DNA from: Macrostomum hystrix
Lineage: Eukaryota; Animalia; Platyhelminthes
NCBI GenBank assembly: GCA_950097015.1
Contig: CATNEN010000033.1
Location: 3,472,001-3,536,000 of the forward strand
Direction: 5' to 3'
Length of the DNA stretch: 64,000 nt
Within the stretch, counting starts at the first letter, position 1. Each line of letters opens with the position of its first letter. A program made the position numbers and the translations under genes. Below are positions 61,601 to 64,000 of this stretch, in pieces. The notes beneath the pieces were generated by a model. That model saw nothing but the letters and a program-made list of their open reading frames with translations, was not told where the DNA came from and searched no databases.

Positions 61601-64000
61601 GATGGATAGAGGCTGAGATGGACACAAAGTGGAAGAGTGGGACAAAACGGTATAGGGGACAGAGTGAGACAGAGATAGGGAGGAGTAGGATGAATGAACT
61701 TCTTGAAGCCCCAATCCTTGCCTTGAATGAAGCGGTAGGCTCGCTGGCTCTCTGTACCGGACAAAGAGCGAAAGGTTAACAATTAAAATCGGAAGTTATT
61801 TACTATTTGTACTTTCTATCTAGTAATAAGGGATCCGAGTGAGACTGAAATTAAGATTGAGAGAGACTGGGAATGAGATTGAAAGACTGAGACTGGAGTT
61901 GAGAGAGTGAGACTGTGGTTGACAGAAAGAGATGGATAGAGAGACTGAGATGGATAGAGGCTGAGATGGATAGAGAATCTGAGATAGATAGAGGCTGAGA
62001 TGGATAGAGAGGCTGAGATGGATAGAGAATCTGAGATGGATAGAGGCTGAGATGGATAGAGAATCTGAGATGGATAGAGAATCTGAGATGGATAGAGAGG
62101 CTGAGATGGATAGAGAGGCTGAGATGGATAGAGAGGCTGAGATGAATAGAGGCTGAGATGAATAGAGGCTGAGATGGATAGAGAGGCTGAGATGAATAGA
62201 GGCTGAGATGGATAGAGGCTGAGATGGATAGAGGCTGAGATGAATAGAGGCTGAGATGGATAGAGGCTGAGATGGATAGAGGCTGAGATGAATAGAGGCT
62301 GAGATGGATAGAGGCTGAGATGGATAGAGGCTGAGATGGATAGAGGCTGAGATGAATAGAGGCTGAGATGGATAGAGGCTGAGATGGACACAAAGTGGAA
62401 GAGTGGGACAAAACGGTATAGGGGACAGAGTGAGACAGAGATAGGGAGGAGTAGGATGAATGAACTTCTTGAAGCCCCAATCCTTGCCTTGAATGAAGCG
62501 GTAGGCTCGCTGGCTCTCTGTACCGGACAAAGAGCGAAAGGTTAACAATTAAAATCGGAAGTTATTTACTATTTGTACTTTCTATCTAGTAATAAGGGAT
62601 CCGAGTGAGACTGAAATTAAGATTGAGAGAGACTGGGAATGAGATTGAAAGACTGAGACTGGAGTTGAGAGAGTGAGACTGTGGTTGACAGAAAGAGATG
62701 GATAGAGAGACTGAGATGGATAGAGGCTGAGATGGATAGAGAATCTGAGATAGATAGAGGCTGAGATGGATAGAGAGGCTGAGATGGATAGAGAATCTGA
62801 GATGGATAGAGGCTGAGATGGATAGAGAATCTGAGATGGATAGAGAATCTGAGATGGATAGAGAGGCTGAGATGGATAGAGAGGCTGAGATGGATAGAGA
62901 GGCTGAGATGAATAGAGGCTGAGATGAATAGAGGCTGAGATGGATAGAGGCTGAGATGAATAGAGGCTGAGATGGATAGAGGCTGAGATGGATAGAGGCT
63001 GAGATGAATAGAGGCTGAGATGGATAGAGGCTGAGATGGATAGAGGCTGAGATGAATAGAGGCTGAGATGGATAGAGGCTGAGATGGATAGAGGCTGAGA
63101 TGAATAGAGGCTGAGATGGATAGAGGCTGAGATGGACACAAAGTGGAAGAGTGGGACAAAACGGTATAGGGGACAGAGTGAGACAGAGATAGGGAGGAGT
63201 AGGATGAATGAACTTCTTGAAGCCCCAATCCTTGCCTTGAATGAAGCGGTAGGCTCGCTGGCTCTCTGTACCGGACAAAGAGCGAAAGGTTAACAATTAA
63301 AATCGGAAGTTATTTACTATTTGTACTTTTCTATCTAGTAATAAGGGATCCGAGTGAGACTGAAATTAAGATTGAGAGAGACTGGGATTAAAATAGAGTG
63401 AGACTGAAATTAAGATTGAGAGAGACTGGGAATGAGATTGAAAGACTGAGACTGGAGTTGAGAGAGTGAGACTGTGGTTGACAGAAAGAGATGGATAGAG
63501 AGACTGAGATGGATAGAGGCTGAGATGGATAGAGAATCTGAGATAGATAGAGGCTGAGATGGATAGAGAGGCTGAGATGGATAGAGAATCTGAGATGGAT
63601 AGAGGCTGAGATGGATAGAGAATCTGAGATGGATAGAGAATCTGAGATGGATAGAGAGGCTGAGATGGATAGAGAGGCTGAGATGGATAGAGAGGCTGAG
63701 ATGAATAGAGGCTGAGATGAATAGAGGCTGAGATGGATAGAGGCTGAGATGAATAGAGGCTGAGATGGATAGAGGCTGAGATGGATAGAGGCTGAGATGA
63801 ATAGAGGCTGAGATGGATAGAGGCTGAGATGGATAGAGGCTGAGATGAATAGAGGCTGAGATGGATAGAGGCTGAGATGGATAGAGGCTGAGATGAATAG
63901 AGGCTGAGATGGATAGAGGCTGAGATGGACACAAAGTGGAAGAGTGGGACAAAACGGTATAGGGGACAGAGTGAGACAGAGATAGGGAGGAGTAGGATGA
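55625..64000 (-). repeat. Tandem array of 545-965-bp units, each with a SPOP 3' splice site, a 59-nt exon fragment and an embedded 16/18-bp GAGATGGATAGAGGCT satellite
   Basis: Exon fragments start near 56111, 56708, 57456, 58421, 59187, 59935, 60728, 61693, 62459 and 63207; another begins at the window edge. Confidence 0.97.

Noticed and set aside
55694-63952. Many [16 protein letters not shown]... ORFs as a family of SPOP paralogs
   Set aside because: Only 59 nt are exon-derived. The N-terminal [10 protein letters not shown] is translated intron and the rest is satellite, so these are not independent genes.

Overview
Eukaryotic, intron-containing animal DNA. There is no CRISPR, rRNA or operon signal. 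GC-rich exons separated by introns packed with unrelated minisatellites suggest a flatworm such as Macrostomum (inference only). Genes assembled by hand from the ORFs and GT-AG junctions: an ATP11-like P4-ATPase flippase (+, 50-4047), a small PH-domain-like ORF (-), the 3' part of an uncharacterised gene (-, 8704-10671), a 3-exon class A peptide-type GPCR (-), a 7-exon P2X receptor (-), DPH5 (-), a 3-exon orphan secreted Cys-rich protein (+) and the 3' exons of a SPOP-type MATH-BTB gene (-). About 30 different tandem arrays cover roughly 45% of the window (hand estimate) and explain most of the long low-complexity ORFs in the track. A tRNA-headed SINE with a MIR/CORE-like body and decayed LINE 3' ends are dispersed through the window. 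The most unusual structure is the last 8.4 kb. The SPOP intron holds at least 10 tandem copies of its own 3' splice site plus the first 59 nt of the next exon, none with an obvious donor site, arranged as a 3272-bp four-monomer higher-order repeat. Several smaller arrays are also seeded on start, stop or splice signals.
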